Below, in pieces: positions 13,421 through 25,889 of a stretch of 64,000 nucleotides of DNA. The DNA lies in assembly GCF_048593235.1 (NCBI RefSeq), contig NC_133619.1, forward strand, positions 38,640,454 through 38,704,453. The letters are read 5' to 3'. The notes under the pieces are model-generated. The model saw nothing but the letters and a program-made list of their open reading frames with translations, made no database searches and was not told where the DNA came from. The stretch is from Sminthopsis crassicaudata. Taxonomy: Eukaryota. Position numbers and translations under genes: made by a program. Every line of letters starts with the position of its first letter. The first letter of the stretch is position 1.

Positions 13421-15957
13421 CGTATTATCCCCAGATTATACTTTTTTCCCTTGACCCCCCTGATCCCCCTCCCCAATATTTAATTTACAGACCCCCCTTG
13501 TGACGCGCAACCCTCCCTCTTTTTTTTTTTTAGGATCCCTCCCCCCTCCCTCCAAGTCCCTTCACTTATTCTCCTTTTCCTTTCCCCTTTTCCTCTCCCC
13601 CCTTTTAATGAGGTGAGAGAAAATTCTCTGAAAAACAAATATGTTAATTATTTACTCTTTGAGCCTCTTCTGATGAGAGTAAGATTCACACAATGATTCT
13701 CCCCCTCACTAAGTTCCCTCAGATATGGTGTATTTTCTATGTCTCTTCCTGGGATGTAGTTTCCCTCTTTTTATCACTCCTTCCCCTTTTTCTGAACCAA
13801 CCTCCTTCCCTTTACCACACCCCCCTTTTTTTCTTTTATATCAGTAAAATCAAATTATCCTTGAGTATTTTTTATATACCCACAACAGAGTTACAGTTCT
13901 CAAGGGTTCTGTGTACCTTTTTCTGTTTCTCTTCAGTCTTGTGGATGTAGATCAAATTTTTTGTTTAAGTCTGGTTTTTTTCTTAGAAACATATAGAATT
14001 CCTCTGTTTCATTGAATGACCATCTTCTTCCATGGAAAAAGATGCTAAACTTAGCTGGGTAGTTCATTCTTGGTTGCAGTCCTTGATCTTTTGCCTTTCG
14101 GAATATCAGGTTCCAGGCCCTTCTATCTTTTAATGTGGAGGCAGCCAGATCTTGGGTGACCCTTATTGTGGCACCTTGGTATTTAAATTGTTTTTTTCTA
14201 GCTGCTTGCAGGATTTTCTCCTTTGTGTGGTAATTCTGCAGCTTAGCCACAATATTCTGTGGTGTTCTTTTTTTAGGGTCTATTTCAGAAGGAGTTCGAT
14301 GAATTCTTTCCACATCTACTTTCCCTTCTGTTTCTATTATCTCTGGACAGTTCTCTTTGATAATTTCCTGTAAAATAGAATCTAGGCTCTTTTTTTGGTC
14401 ATAGTTTTCTGGAAGTCCAATAATCCGCAGATTATCTCTCCTAGATCTATTTTCCAGGTCTATAGATTTTCCCAGTAAGTATTTGACGTTGTTCTCCAGC
14501 TTCTCATTTTTTTTGTTTTGTTTGACTGATTCTTGGGTTCTCTGTGAATCATTCATTTCTATTTGTTCCATCCTGACTTTTAAGGAGTTATTTTCTTCTT
14601 TCACAGTTTTTAGTTCTTTTTGTAAATGCCCAATTTCATTTTTAAATGAATTATTTTGCTCTATTGAGTTTTTTTCCATTTCCCTAATTTTTTTTTTTGA
14701 GAATTATTTTCTTTTTCCAATTCAGAAATTCTATTTTCTTGAGACTTTTTTATCTTTTCCAATTCAGAAATCCTACTTTCCTGTGTTTTTTTAACCTTTT
14801 CTAATTCACTAATTTTGTTTCCCTGCATCTCCTGTGAATTCTTTATTTTTTCCAACTCCAATTTCAGGACGTTGTTATTCTCTATCATAACTTCCCTTTC
14901 TTTTCCCCATTTTTCTTCGATCTCCCTCAATTTTTTAAGAGCTTCTTCTAGGAGAGAGTTATGTGATGGGGGGCAGGAATCGTTCCCCTTTAGGTTGTTG
15001 TCTGTTGATTCTCTGCTGTCAACTTCCTCGGGGTTGGATACCCGCTCTTTCTCTGTATAGAAGGAATCTATGGTTTTTCTAGCTTTTTTGATCATACTTA
15101 AAAAAATCTTTTGGGGTCTGTCTCTGGGGTAGGAAATTATTTACTTCTTTACCAGCTTCCTCCCAGACCGGATGGATGCAGCGGCTCCTGAGCCTGAGCT
15201 AAGAGAGAGCTCTGGGAGAGAGTTCCCCACCCCCTCCCTGGAAGTGCCTCAGAGGTGATTAGCACTACTGTGCTTCGAGGGCGTAGAATAGTGAAGACAG
15301 CACGAAGCCCAGCCTATGTGTCCGGGTGGGGAGTGGATGTCTGCAGCAGGTGACGTGAGAAGCCCCTGCGCTCAAACTGGAAGTGTCTGCCAGAAACCGC
15401 GGTCCCTAGTTCAAAGGTTCCGCTTCTCTGGTACTTCCTGGAGCTGAGTTCCACTCCCTCCAGCTAAGCTAGGCAGTGTGTGTTGCCTTGGGCCGTATCC
15501 ACCCACTTGTCAATCTCTTAATTATTCTCAGGTGGTAGCTGAGGCCACACCCCCTGGTGCCGAGTCTGTTGAGTCACCCCCAGAGTCCGGGGAAAATCTA
15601 ATCTGAGTTTTAAAATATTTTGGCTTTCTCTTCTGAACTGCTAAATAATTAGCAGAGAAGAGCTAACAGCCTGTGCCAGATTCCTTTACCTCAGTGGCTT
15701 CTCTGATCCCAGAGCCCTTCCCAGCGCAATGGGCGCAGTGTGCCCCTACCCCACCGTCTGTGCTGGTCTTTCTTATTCCTCCCCTGAGAACTGACCTTTC
15801 CTGTTGAAACTCCAGATTCTCTTCAGCTGGTAAGTCGTGCTTCCAGTCCTTGTGGTATCTATCAGTCCTGAGCTAATTTTGAGACTTAATTTATCTAATT
15901 GGTTGTGAGGGAGTGAGGACGTTCACTGAGTCGTGTGTTTCTTCTCCGCCATCTTCC
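12047..15957 (-). mobile_element. Young L1 with intact 5' end, 3'-truncated within ORF2, no poly(A)
   Basis: Minus strand starts GGAAGATGGCGGAGAAG, followed by a CpG-retaining 5' UTR of about 860 bp, ORF1, a 512-bp spacer and ORF2 open to the junction. Flanked by a 17-bp direct repeat. Confidence 0.95.
13933..15095 (-). pseudogene. ORF1: L1 ORF1p (coiled coil, RRM, CTD) split by one frameshift
   Basis: ORFs 14661-15095 and 13933-14679 join if one A is added to the A11 run at 14688-14698, giving about 387 aa. Motifs DLENRSRRDNLRIIGLPE, ERIHR and YPAKFS are present. Confidence 0.88.
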
Positions 15958-15973
15958 AATCCCTTAAATTTTC

Positions 15974-15990
15974 CAAAATTATTAATTTTG
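15974..15990. repeat. Target-site duplication, right copy
   Basis: Identical to 12030-12046. Confidence 0.9.
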
Positions 15991-17790
15991 GAGGTGATGT
16001 GGTTTACTTAGATAATACTAGCCAACTAAACATTAATTGAAATAATTGTAATAAAGTTCTTGATTATAAAATAAATCCACATATATCATCAAAATGTGTA
16101 TTTATTACCAACAAAACTAATATCAAAAGATAGAAAAAGTCCATTTAAAAATTACTATATATTGTCTAAATTACTTGGAAAGATAACTACAAAACACTCA
16201 TCATAAAAAAAAAAAAAAAACTAATGATTGGTCATGAATAGGCAGAGCCAACATTTTAAAAATTATAATACTATTTATATTAATTTACTTATTCTGTGCC
16301 TTACCAATCAAACTTTTTAAAGAATTACTTTATATATCTGGGAAAAGATTATAATATAATTAGTATGGAGACAGAAAAAGTCAAGAATCATTAGAGAAAT
16401 AGTAAGAAAAATGTGAAGAATAGAAGCCTATCAGTACCAGATCTCAAGCTATATAATATAGCCATGGTTATGAAAATTATTTAGTGCTACTTAAAAATAT
16501 AAAAGAGAATTACTGGAACATATTAGTTACATGATACATAAAAGAAAAGAAACCATAGAGACAAATCTTTTAAAAATTCAAAAATCCCAGCTACTCTTTA
16601 GCCAACAAAAAATGCTCAGAAAACTGAAACATCATCTGTCAGAAATCAGGTTTGGTTCAGTTCTTCATATCATATACCAAAACATGTGCCAAATGGACAC
16701 ATTTTTACATTTGAAAGCCAATATCACAAACAAAACATGAGGAAAGCAAGGGAAAAAATTACATTTAAGATCTATGGTTCATGACCAAATTTATTTGGGT
16801 AAGAGAAGATCACAAAAGATAGTGAAAAATATTAATTAAAATTTGAAAGTCTTTGCAAAGGAAAAACTGATATGGCTAACATTAGAAGGAAAACTATTAT
16901 AACTGGGTAAAAAAAAAACTTTGCTTCAAGTTGCTCTGATAAAAGCTTCATTTTCAAAATACATAAATAACTGATTGAAATATATTGGTATAAGGGCCAT
17001 CCCCAACATATAAATGATAAAAATTATATGAATAGGCAGTTTTAAAAGGAATAATAAGCTATTACTAGGTATATGAAAAAAAAGTGCTCCTAATAGAGAA
17101 ATACAAATTAAATAACTNNNNNNNNNNNNNNNNNNNNNNNNNNNNNNNNNNNNNNNNNNNNNNNNNNNNNNNNNNNNNNNNNNNNNNNNNNNNNNNNNNN
17201 NNNNNNNNNNNNNNNNNNNNNNNNNNNNNNNNNNNNNNNNNNNNNNNNNNNNNNNNNNNNNNNNNNNNNNNNNNNNNNNNNNNNNNNGGTTAATGAAGCT
17301 GACAAAAAGCTTTGTCTTTGAGGTGCTGTGGGGAAAGAGGTACTTTAATATATATTTACAGGAGCTGTAAATTGATCCAGCCCTTTTGGAAAGTATTTTT
17401 GAACTATGCCCCCAAAGTTACTAAACTATTCATATAACCTTTAACCATTACTAGACTTATTCCCCCAAAGATATCAAAGTAAGGGGGGAAAGACTCAAAT
17501 GTACAAAAACATTTATAGGAGATTTTTAGTAGTGGCAAGGAAATAGAATCCAGAGGATGTTCTTCAATTAGAGAATAGGTAAATAAATAAAAATGTAGAA
17601 ATGTAATCAATCTAATAAAGGATGAAAAAAGGGATGATTTCAGAGAAATTAGGAAGATTTGTATGATGATATAAAATGAAATGAGATGAATGAAGGCAAC
17701 AATCTATACAATAATAACAGTGCTATGAAGCTGAACAATTTCAAATTACTTAAAAACTCTGATAGCTATAATGTTTTTCCACTTTTCCAG
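15974..17790 (+). mobile_element. Old degenerate L1, ORF2 right part (continues 10480-12046; contains N gap 17118-17287)
   Basis: tttggaggtgatgtggtttacttagataat (degenerate FADD..VYLEN), tataaaataaatccaca (YKINP), and later acatttttataggagatttttagtagtggcaag (ORF2 C-terminus). Confidence 0.8.
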
Positions 17791-18369
17791 AGCACCAATG
17801 ATGAAGCAAGCTATCTACCAGTTGATATAAGGATGTTAGACTAAAGATACAGAATAAGACATAAGACATACAGTTCTCTTCATGGCCAATTTAGGAATTT
17901 GTTTTGCTTGGATATACATAAAAATTTGTTAGAAGGTGGTTATTATCATTTTATTTTTCAATTGAAAATGGAGGAGATGAAAAACAAAATAAATTTCTGT
18001 TATTTGAAAAAAGATAATTTTTTTTCTAAAATTTAAGAATGCTTGCCGACTGGAATATGTGCAGTTAATTTAAGAACCTTCCAATCTTTTTCTTCATATT
18101 TGTGTCTTAGCCAGACATATTGTGCCTGGCACAAAGTAAGTGCTTAATAAATGCTCATTGTCTGACTGACTCACTGGAAATGGATAATCAATTGGGTTCA
18201 GAAATATACAAGAAAAAAGATTGCATTGCTTTTTTAAAAATTGTGATTAAAAAAGACATCAAGATTATTCTACTTTATACATAAACCTATCTTTTTTTAA
18301 TACCAGCACTTTTCCAGGGTTGCTTTTTGGCTGTGAAACATAAAGCACTATAATTTCTGATCTTGGTCT

Positions 18370-19640
18370 CTGAAAATATGAAAATTAGTATATCCACAAA
18401 GGAAAATGGAAGGATGTATGATAGGCATGAACAAGAGGCTTGAAGCAAAGAAAGCAGCCAGAAGAATACGGCAATAGTCCAGACATGAGATGATGAGGGT
18501 CTGTACAATGGTAGCAATTGCTAAAGAGGAGACATATGAGACATGTTATGAAGGTAAAAACAATAAGATGTGACAATAGACTGGATATGTGGAATGAATG
18601 AGAGTAAAGATTTAAGGATAACATCAAAGTTACAAGCCTAGGTGGCCAAGTGTCTTCCAATTTGGAAGAGAGGAAGGGGGAGTAATCAATTGTGTCCTGA
18701 ATATCTTGAGTTTGAAATGCCTCTGGGATATCCAGTTTGAGATGTCCAAATGGTCATTAGTGATGTGGGACTGATGCTCAAGAGGTAAGGTCAGGATGAA
18801 TATGTAAATCTGTGAATCATCAGTATAGAGATGATATTGGAGTCATGGGGGCTGATGAAATCATCAGTCAAAACTGTGAAGAAAAAAAAAAGATTCTCCA
18901 CTCTAGAATCTTAAGGGACAAGAGAAAGACCCAGCAAAGGATGCTGAAAAGTAACAGTGACAGAAATGTCATGAAAACATAAAGAGTAGAGAATATTAAA
19001 TAGAAAAATATGATTTACAGTTTCAAAGTCTTCATAGCCATCAAGAAGGATGAGAAATGAGAAAACATCAATAAACTTAGCAATTAAGAGATTATTTGGC
19101 ATCTTTGGAAAGAGCAGTTTCAGTTAAATGAGACGGTTTAAAACCAAATTAAAGTTTAGATTCAAGTGGAAAGGGAGAAAGTGGAGGTATGTGATACAGA
19201 TGACTTTGTCAGAGAGTTTAACTGAGAAGGGAAGAATTCTAATTCTATGACTAGTATGCATGGTTTAATTCAGTGAAGACTCGAGGATAGGTAAAATATG
19301 ATTGTATTTATAAGTGCCAGGGAAGGAGCCAATAGAAAAGGAGAAATAAAAGATAAGCATGAAAAAAGCAAACTGAATATAAGGAATGACATAAAAATAG
19401 CTATAGTAGGATGTGTTTGACAAGATAGTCACCTCCTTATGTGCAATGGGTCAAGCAGGAGATCAACACAGAAGAAGTTTGAATGATATGAGAAGAGCAG
19501 AGAAGAGGAAGCTCTTGACTAAAGGCTCAATTCTTTAGTGAAAGTATAAGTCAAAGTCCTCATCTGAGAAGGTGGGGGAAGGAGATGATGAAAGACTTCA
19601 AGATGGATAAGATTTGTAATAGCTGCCATGATAATCAGTT
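18370..19640 (-). mobile_element. Ancient L2 fragment
   Basis: Purine-rich L2 antisense pattern, e.g. gcaatagtccagacatgagatgatgagggtctg and gggatatccagtttgagatgtcc. Confidence 0.6.
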
Positions 19641-22600
19641 AGGAAAGTGTCATGTATTTCCTAGTCTCCATTAATCAGTGTCTGACTCTGACCCTTTCTA
19701 AGTAAGAACATTCTAGCCATGACCTTTTCTGGTTCCCATATATACCATAGAACTTCCAGGCTCTGACCTCATCAGGTACTGTCCTTGGCTTTTATGAATT
19801 TTTTCCCCCATCTGTTTTTTTCCTTAATACCATTTCTGGTTTCTTAGAAAGCACATGTGGGACCATAATGACAGAATACAAATATGATTGATTCACTGCT
19901 ATTGGTGGAGAAAAATAAAAGTTTGTTATAGAAGTTTTTACAGATCTTTTCCATTTTTTATCTGTTTGTTGTCCTCATTCAATATCTTCCACTTAATCTG
20001 ACTTGAATTAAACTTTTTGACATGCTTTTTGTGTCTTTTTCCCCTCTTCTATTTTCTGAGATAATACTGCTTACAATCCTCTAGCATCCTCTTCCATAAG
20101 ATTTTGTAAATTTGTTTATTTTCTGAACTAATTTTATTCTTGGCTCTTTATCTCTGCTTCACACAGATATTGAATGTTTATCATTTATGATTATTATTTT
20201 ATAGGCTCTGTTAGTCACATTGGGGTGATGGATCTACATTAGTTAAACTTTCTGGGAAATGGTGATAGTTTGTTCTGGTGTCCTTTTATGTTTTTCATAT
20301 TTTGCAATTGGTTGTTTTAAATAGATCATGTTGAAGGTGCTTTAATTGTATTTTTTTTTCTTATTTTTATAGTTTTCTAATTTGATATTGATATTTAGCC
20401 CTGTTCTTATATATTAATGGTCTAACAGTACAAAATGGCATATTCAAAAATGACTAGCACATTAGTAAACATTCATTTCCTATCAAGATATTATCAGTTT
20501 CATTTTATGGTTTTTTCCCTTGCTACTTGCTACATCTAGCACAAACAAGAGACGTCAGTGTATCTATAAACCTCTGACCTATCTAATTTCTAACTCCTGA
20601 GATAACATTTTTCATGATATTTTTGCTAGCTTCTCCTATTTCATTGAAGTCGCTGAATATGAAAATATATGTTGATTTAATTTGAAGGGCTTTGTAGGTC
20701 TTTATGAAATTTCTCCTTCAAGAGATGATACACATAAGCTACAATTATCCCTATTTTTTATTGAAGGAAAGAGTCTTTCACAAAGGCACATCATGATTAG
20801 TATGGCAAAAGATAACCAAGTGCCTCCCCCAAATGGGATGCCTTTGGATGGATAATAAAGGCAATTCTGCAAATTCTTTTACTAGCTTCTCCATGGAGGA
20901 TTTCTGAATCATTTTCCCACTTAACTATAATTTCCTTTTGTTTTCTAGTATCATTTGTGTGAAAAATCATAGAATCATAATTTGCTTCCTCCAGTAATAT
21001 GACTACTCATTGGTCCTTGGACAAGCATCTGATATTTAAAGAATCAAGAGTTAGTTAATTTTTATTGACGATCTAAAAATCATGATTCTCAGCATCTTCT
21101 TCCTTTTTTCTACCAATGGACCACCTAGTTTCAGTGATGAAATAGGAAAATCTAGCATAGGACTGAGCGATATATATTTGTCTTCATTTCATGAACTACC
21201 ATGGCAAAAGAATTAATCATCCAGTGGCTAGTCTGCTGGTGATGAATCTGGAACATAGTAGATATTTAATAAATTATTGTTGAATTGAATTATACTTATT
21301 TCCATTATATGCAAAGCTCTAGTCACCTGATTATTACCCCAAATAATCAGTTGGCCAATCCACTTATCAATTTATACAAATTGATTGAGAACAAATATCA
21401 AGCTGCCTTACAGGGCAACACATGGGACAAGCACACTGTTTCTATGAGAGCAACACTGTTACACTGAATTTTGGAAACTTGAAGTAGCTTCATCAGGCCC
21501 TCAGGGATGTCTTTGGACCAGACTAGCTGCCATTGTGAATTCTGTTAGAAAAAAAGCTAAAGTTTATTGAAAAGAAAAGAATAATTCACAGATCAAGTCT
21601 ACTCCCATTATGAAGACATCAAAAGTCAACTCTATTCCATTCCTGTTTTTGATATGGCCATTCTATCATTCTCTTTCTCCTCTATGACACCTTCTTAAAT
21701 CAGTTTGGGGAAGCAGAATTGTTGGCTTCTTTGCTTGAAATGGTNNNNNNNNNNNNNNNNNNNNNNNNNNNNNNNNNNNNNNNNNNNNNNNNNNNNNNNN
21801 NNNNNNNNNNNNNNNNNNNNNNNNNNNNNNNNNNNNNNNNNNNNNNNNNNNNNNNNNNNNNNNNNNNNNNNNNNNNNNNNNNNNNNNNNNNNNNNNNNNN
21901 NNNNNNNNNNNNNNNNNNNNNNNNNNNNNNNNNNNNNNNNNNNNNNNNNNNNNNNNNNNNNNNNNNNNNNNNNNNNNNNNNNNNNNNNNNATATCCCACA
22001 TTTTTTAGAAGTTGGTGACTAGCACTCTGGTTCCATTTAACTACTTAGCACCAAGTAGTTTTTACAAAGATGTACAAAAAGAAACATTTCCCCCTAGTAA
22101 GTCCAGAATATGTTTTCTTTGTCACCTTGTCCTTTGGAAAAGGAGACTCAAACTTAGATTAATTCCTACAAAGCATTGCACCCACCAAATTCACACCCAA
22201 AAGCATCATCACTGATAAATGAATCATCATCTGGGATGAATGAATAATCATTTCATCTTTTGCTGATAAGGGTCCAGAAAGTTGCTCCCAAAAATTATTC
22301 CTTGCTCCTCAGGGCATCAGTGCTAGTCTGGCTTCCAGATTCTTAGATTCCTGTGGCTTATTCTCTAAAGCTTTTGAAACTCCCAAAGTCTAGAAGACTC
22401 TACTCAGTCCAATAGAAAAGAAGAAACAGAGAAACCAATTATCAAAGCTTGTTTCTTGTTGACCATGTGGCCTCAGAGTGTAGAAGAAGGTCCTAAGGCC
22501 TTTCTTCTTGTGGCATAGTCTGTCACCAGACAGCAGGAGATAGAGTCCCTGAACTACTTTGGATGAGAATGGAGCAAAGAGGGAAGTCAAACTGACTCAA

Positions 22601-22959
22601 GCCTTTTGAAGACCCGACAGACCCCCCCAAATCTTATGGTTAGCCAGCCAGAACTGCTTGGAAACTATTCACCCATTTCACACTGTGTCTTTGAGCTTTC
22701 CCTTACACATTTTCAAAATTCTCCTGGAAGCTAGCTTCCCACGTTCTCCGTGTGATGGGAGTCTGATTCAATCCAAAAATCCAGAATTTTCATCATATCA
22801 GCAATGCTGTACGAATGTATATCCACACACGCATGCACATACAGTTAGATGCATACATACACATACACATTTCTATATGTGAGTGCATATAGCATAGGTA
22901 GACAGTGTAGATATTATCTTCTTTACTAATTGTCTCATGAATTTACACCTTTTTATGAG

Positions 22960-23095
22960 CTAATATGGCAGTGTATTTGACTTGGAGGCATGAAGATCTG
23001 AGTTCAAGTTTCTGATACTTAATTAGCTGTAGGGTCATGGGCAAATCATTTACTCTCTCTGATTCATTTTCTTCATCTAAAATGAAAGATAGATG
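22960..23095 (+). mobile_element. MIR/CORE-SINE
   Basis: gaagatctgagttcaag...tagctgtagggtcatgggcaaatcattt...ttcatctaaaatg. Confidence 0.65.
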
Positions 23096-23099
23096 CACA

Positions 23100-23275
23100 G
23101 ATATGTATGTATATATCCTGAAGGTATACATAACATACATATATATATATATATATACACCAAATTTATATATAAAGGTATGAATATGTATATATAATTA
23201 TATTATAACTTTATATATTTATACATTGATATATAATTCATATATATGAATACATATTAATTTATATAAAGTAAT
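23100..23275. repeat. (TA)n-rich low complexity
   Basis: Degenerate TA/TATG array. Confidence 0.8.
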
Positions 23276-25775
23276 GTGCTTTGTTCTAACCCCTCAGGCT
23301 TCAATGAAACAAGAGGTTCAAATGAAATAAATAAATACATATATATATAGAAAATACTTTGCCAATATTTTATCACTATATAATAACCATTATTATTATT
23401 GTCTCTCCAATTATATTGTGCATTTATTGTGGTCATTTATAATATCTTGTACTTTAAAAAAATCAATATGCTACCAGTCTAGCATTAAATATATGATAGG
23501 TTCTCAATGGATAATTCTTGGTCAATTAAGTGTCTGATTGATTAAGTAACTGAACCCAAATACACTCATTTGCCCTAGTCCAAGATGACAGAGAAAAGAA
23601 TAAGTTCTGTTGGGTATCTTCAGACAACTTCCTTTCTGTCAACTCTAAGAAGAAAATTGGGATGGGTAGGAGGAATAAATTGGCTCGGTACTGGAAAAGA
23701 TTTCAAAACAAGACCAAGTTGTTCTAGACAAATGAAACCAAAGTTAGATTTCTTTTTTGATATTCAATAGAATACATTTTAATAGATATACAAACACCAG
23801 ATGAAAAATAATGAAAATGCATTTTCCACCTGTTTTTAATGTGTTTTTAGCTTTCAAAATATGGTTTCAGGGTGGGGAGGAGCATCAGTCTCGTTTTTCA
23901 CAGTAGAATATTTATTTCACATGTGCAAAAATACTTTAATTACATAGTGATCAATAACTATTTCTGAATATCCTTGCTTGACAGAACTTGTTCATATAAA
24001 AGTAAAATACAAATTTACAGGATGTTTAGATTATGGTATAGAATTTGAAGCATTTGTCCATCAGCCCATCAGAGCAGAAGAATGGGTTACTCAGAGAATA
24101 TGCTGGCTTTTAACACTTTGAGAGAAACAGGACTTTTTTTCCTGTGCTCTCAGGGAAGTTTTCCAATGTCAAGGAATTTTCTTTTTTCATAAAAAATCAC
24201 ACCTATTTAGAAAAAATAAGTTGGCAATTTTCTAAAGTTCAGAATTCATGTTGCTTTACTAATACACTGGAATAGTTGAGGAAGGGAGAGAAAAATCTCA
24301 AGGTCACTGGGAATGGTCTTTCGTGTATGGCTTATCAGTGCTCACATGCCTGTTTTTTTTTTTTTTTCCAAGTGCAAAGAATGGCCNNNNNNNNNNNNNN
24401 NNNNNNNNNNNNNNNNNNNNNNNNNNNNNNNNNNNNNNNNNNNNNNNNNNNNNNNNNNNNNNNNNNNNNNNNNNNNNNNNNNNNNNNNNNNNNNNNNNNN
24501 NNNNNNNNNNNNNNNNNNANNNNNNNNNNNNNNNNNNNNNNNNNNNNNNNNNNNNNNNNNNNNNNNNNNNNNNNNNNNNNNNNNNNNNNNNNNNNNNNNN
24601 NNNNNNNNNNNNNNNNNNNNNNNNNNNNNNNNNNNNNNNNNNNNNNNNNNNNNNNNNNNNNNNNNNNNNNNNNNNNNNNNNNNNNNNNNNNNNNNNNNNN
24701 NNNNNNNNNNNNNNNNNNNNNNNNNNNNNNNAGACCATTTCAGGGTTGGCGGAAAATATGGGAAGTGGATTTTGTAGAAAGGAACTGAGCAAAGAGGTTG
24801 GTACTGTCTGTAAAAGGTTAAATGGGGGAATGCCCCCCAGAAGAAGGGTATCAGAATTAGGCTCAATCAGGAAATGGGGGCACATAAAATTAGCATCAGG
24901 TGCTGAGAAACTGGGAAATAATCATCAAGTTGGAGAGCAGGTAAACACAAATAAATATGGGGCCTGGGTTGGCTCTTTACAGGTGAATGGTGATGAAGTA
25001 ATCAACTATAGGAAATAGATTGACGTGATTTGGTAATACCACAGCAACCTATTCATTCTAATCAAATAAAAGAAATGGGCTAGGCTTTTTGTCCCAGTCC
25101 CCTTCCTCGAGTGAGGAAACCAAACACTTGTCAAGGATTTCTAAACCTTGGAAATATGAATTGATGACGAGCCCTATTGAAGAAGTTTCTTTTTAAAGGT
25201 CCTAATATAATATAATAAAAAAAATCATATGTAAACTGGCAACAGAGTTAGCGAAGAGTGTGTGGGCTTAATAATCACTGGGCCACATAAAAGGCAAATG
25301 GCATTATTGAGAAATAGCCCCGAAGACAAGATTTGGTTTGAATTTATCCTATTTTCTTCAGAATGGTAATGTTATTGATGTATCCAGAGAGGTTTTTTTC
25401 CCCCTGTTGATTNNNNNNNNNNNNNNNNNNNNNNNNNNNNNNNNNNNNNNNNNNNNNNNNNNNNNNNNNNNNNNNNNNNNNNNNNNNNNNNNNNNNNNNN
25501 NNNNNNNNNNNNNNNNNNNNNNNNNNNNNNNNNNNNNNNNNNNNNNNNNNNNNNNNNNNNNNNNNNNNNNNNNNNNNNNNNNNNNNNNNNNNNNNNNNNN
25601 NNNNNNNNNNNNNNNNGGGGGGGGCAGGGGGGGAAGAACCACAGCTTTGGACAAAAGTCTAGAGTCTGTGCGTTGGTAACTCCCGGTGCACGCACAAGGG
25701 CTGACTGGGGCTGTGGGAAGACATTTTACTTATTTGCCTTCTCCTTTCTTCCAGTCATCTTGTCCCTCTCCTCAG

Positions 25776-25889
25776 GTGTTGCTCACCTATTATCATTTCA
25801 CCTGTCCTGGTCCTCTGTGGGGGAAAGTCCTGGGACTTGTCAGCTGGCCTAGGTCTCATAAAAGACAGCTCTGTTCAGGGGTTGGAAAG
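25776..25889 (+). other. Candidate non-coding (5' UTR-like) exon
   Basis: Polypyrimidine acceptors ttctcctttcttccag (alternative exon start 25755) and tccctctcctcag, strong donor AAG|GTAAGC, GC/CpG-richer context. No recognisable protein. Confidence 0.3.

Noticed and set aside
12864-15060. Plus-strand ORFs antisense to the young L1 (90, 85, 73, 103 and 81 aa)
   Set aside because: Antisense shadows of A-rich L1 coding sequence, with no independent evidence.
2655-15957. L1 3' fragment (2655-4100) and 5' half-L1 (12047-15957), both minus strand, as two parts of one broken element
   Set aside because: The 5' half has its own TSD, the 3' fragment is far more decayed, about 1.5 kb of ORF2 is missing from both, and ancient repeats lie between them.
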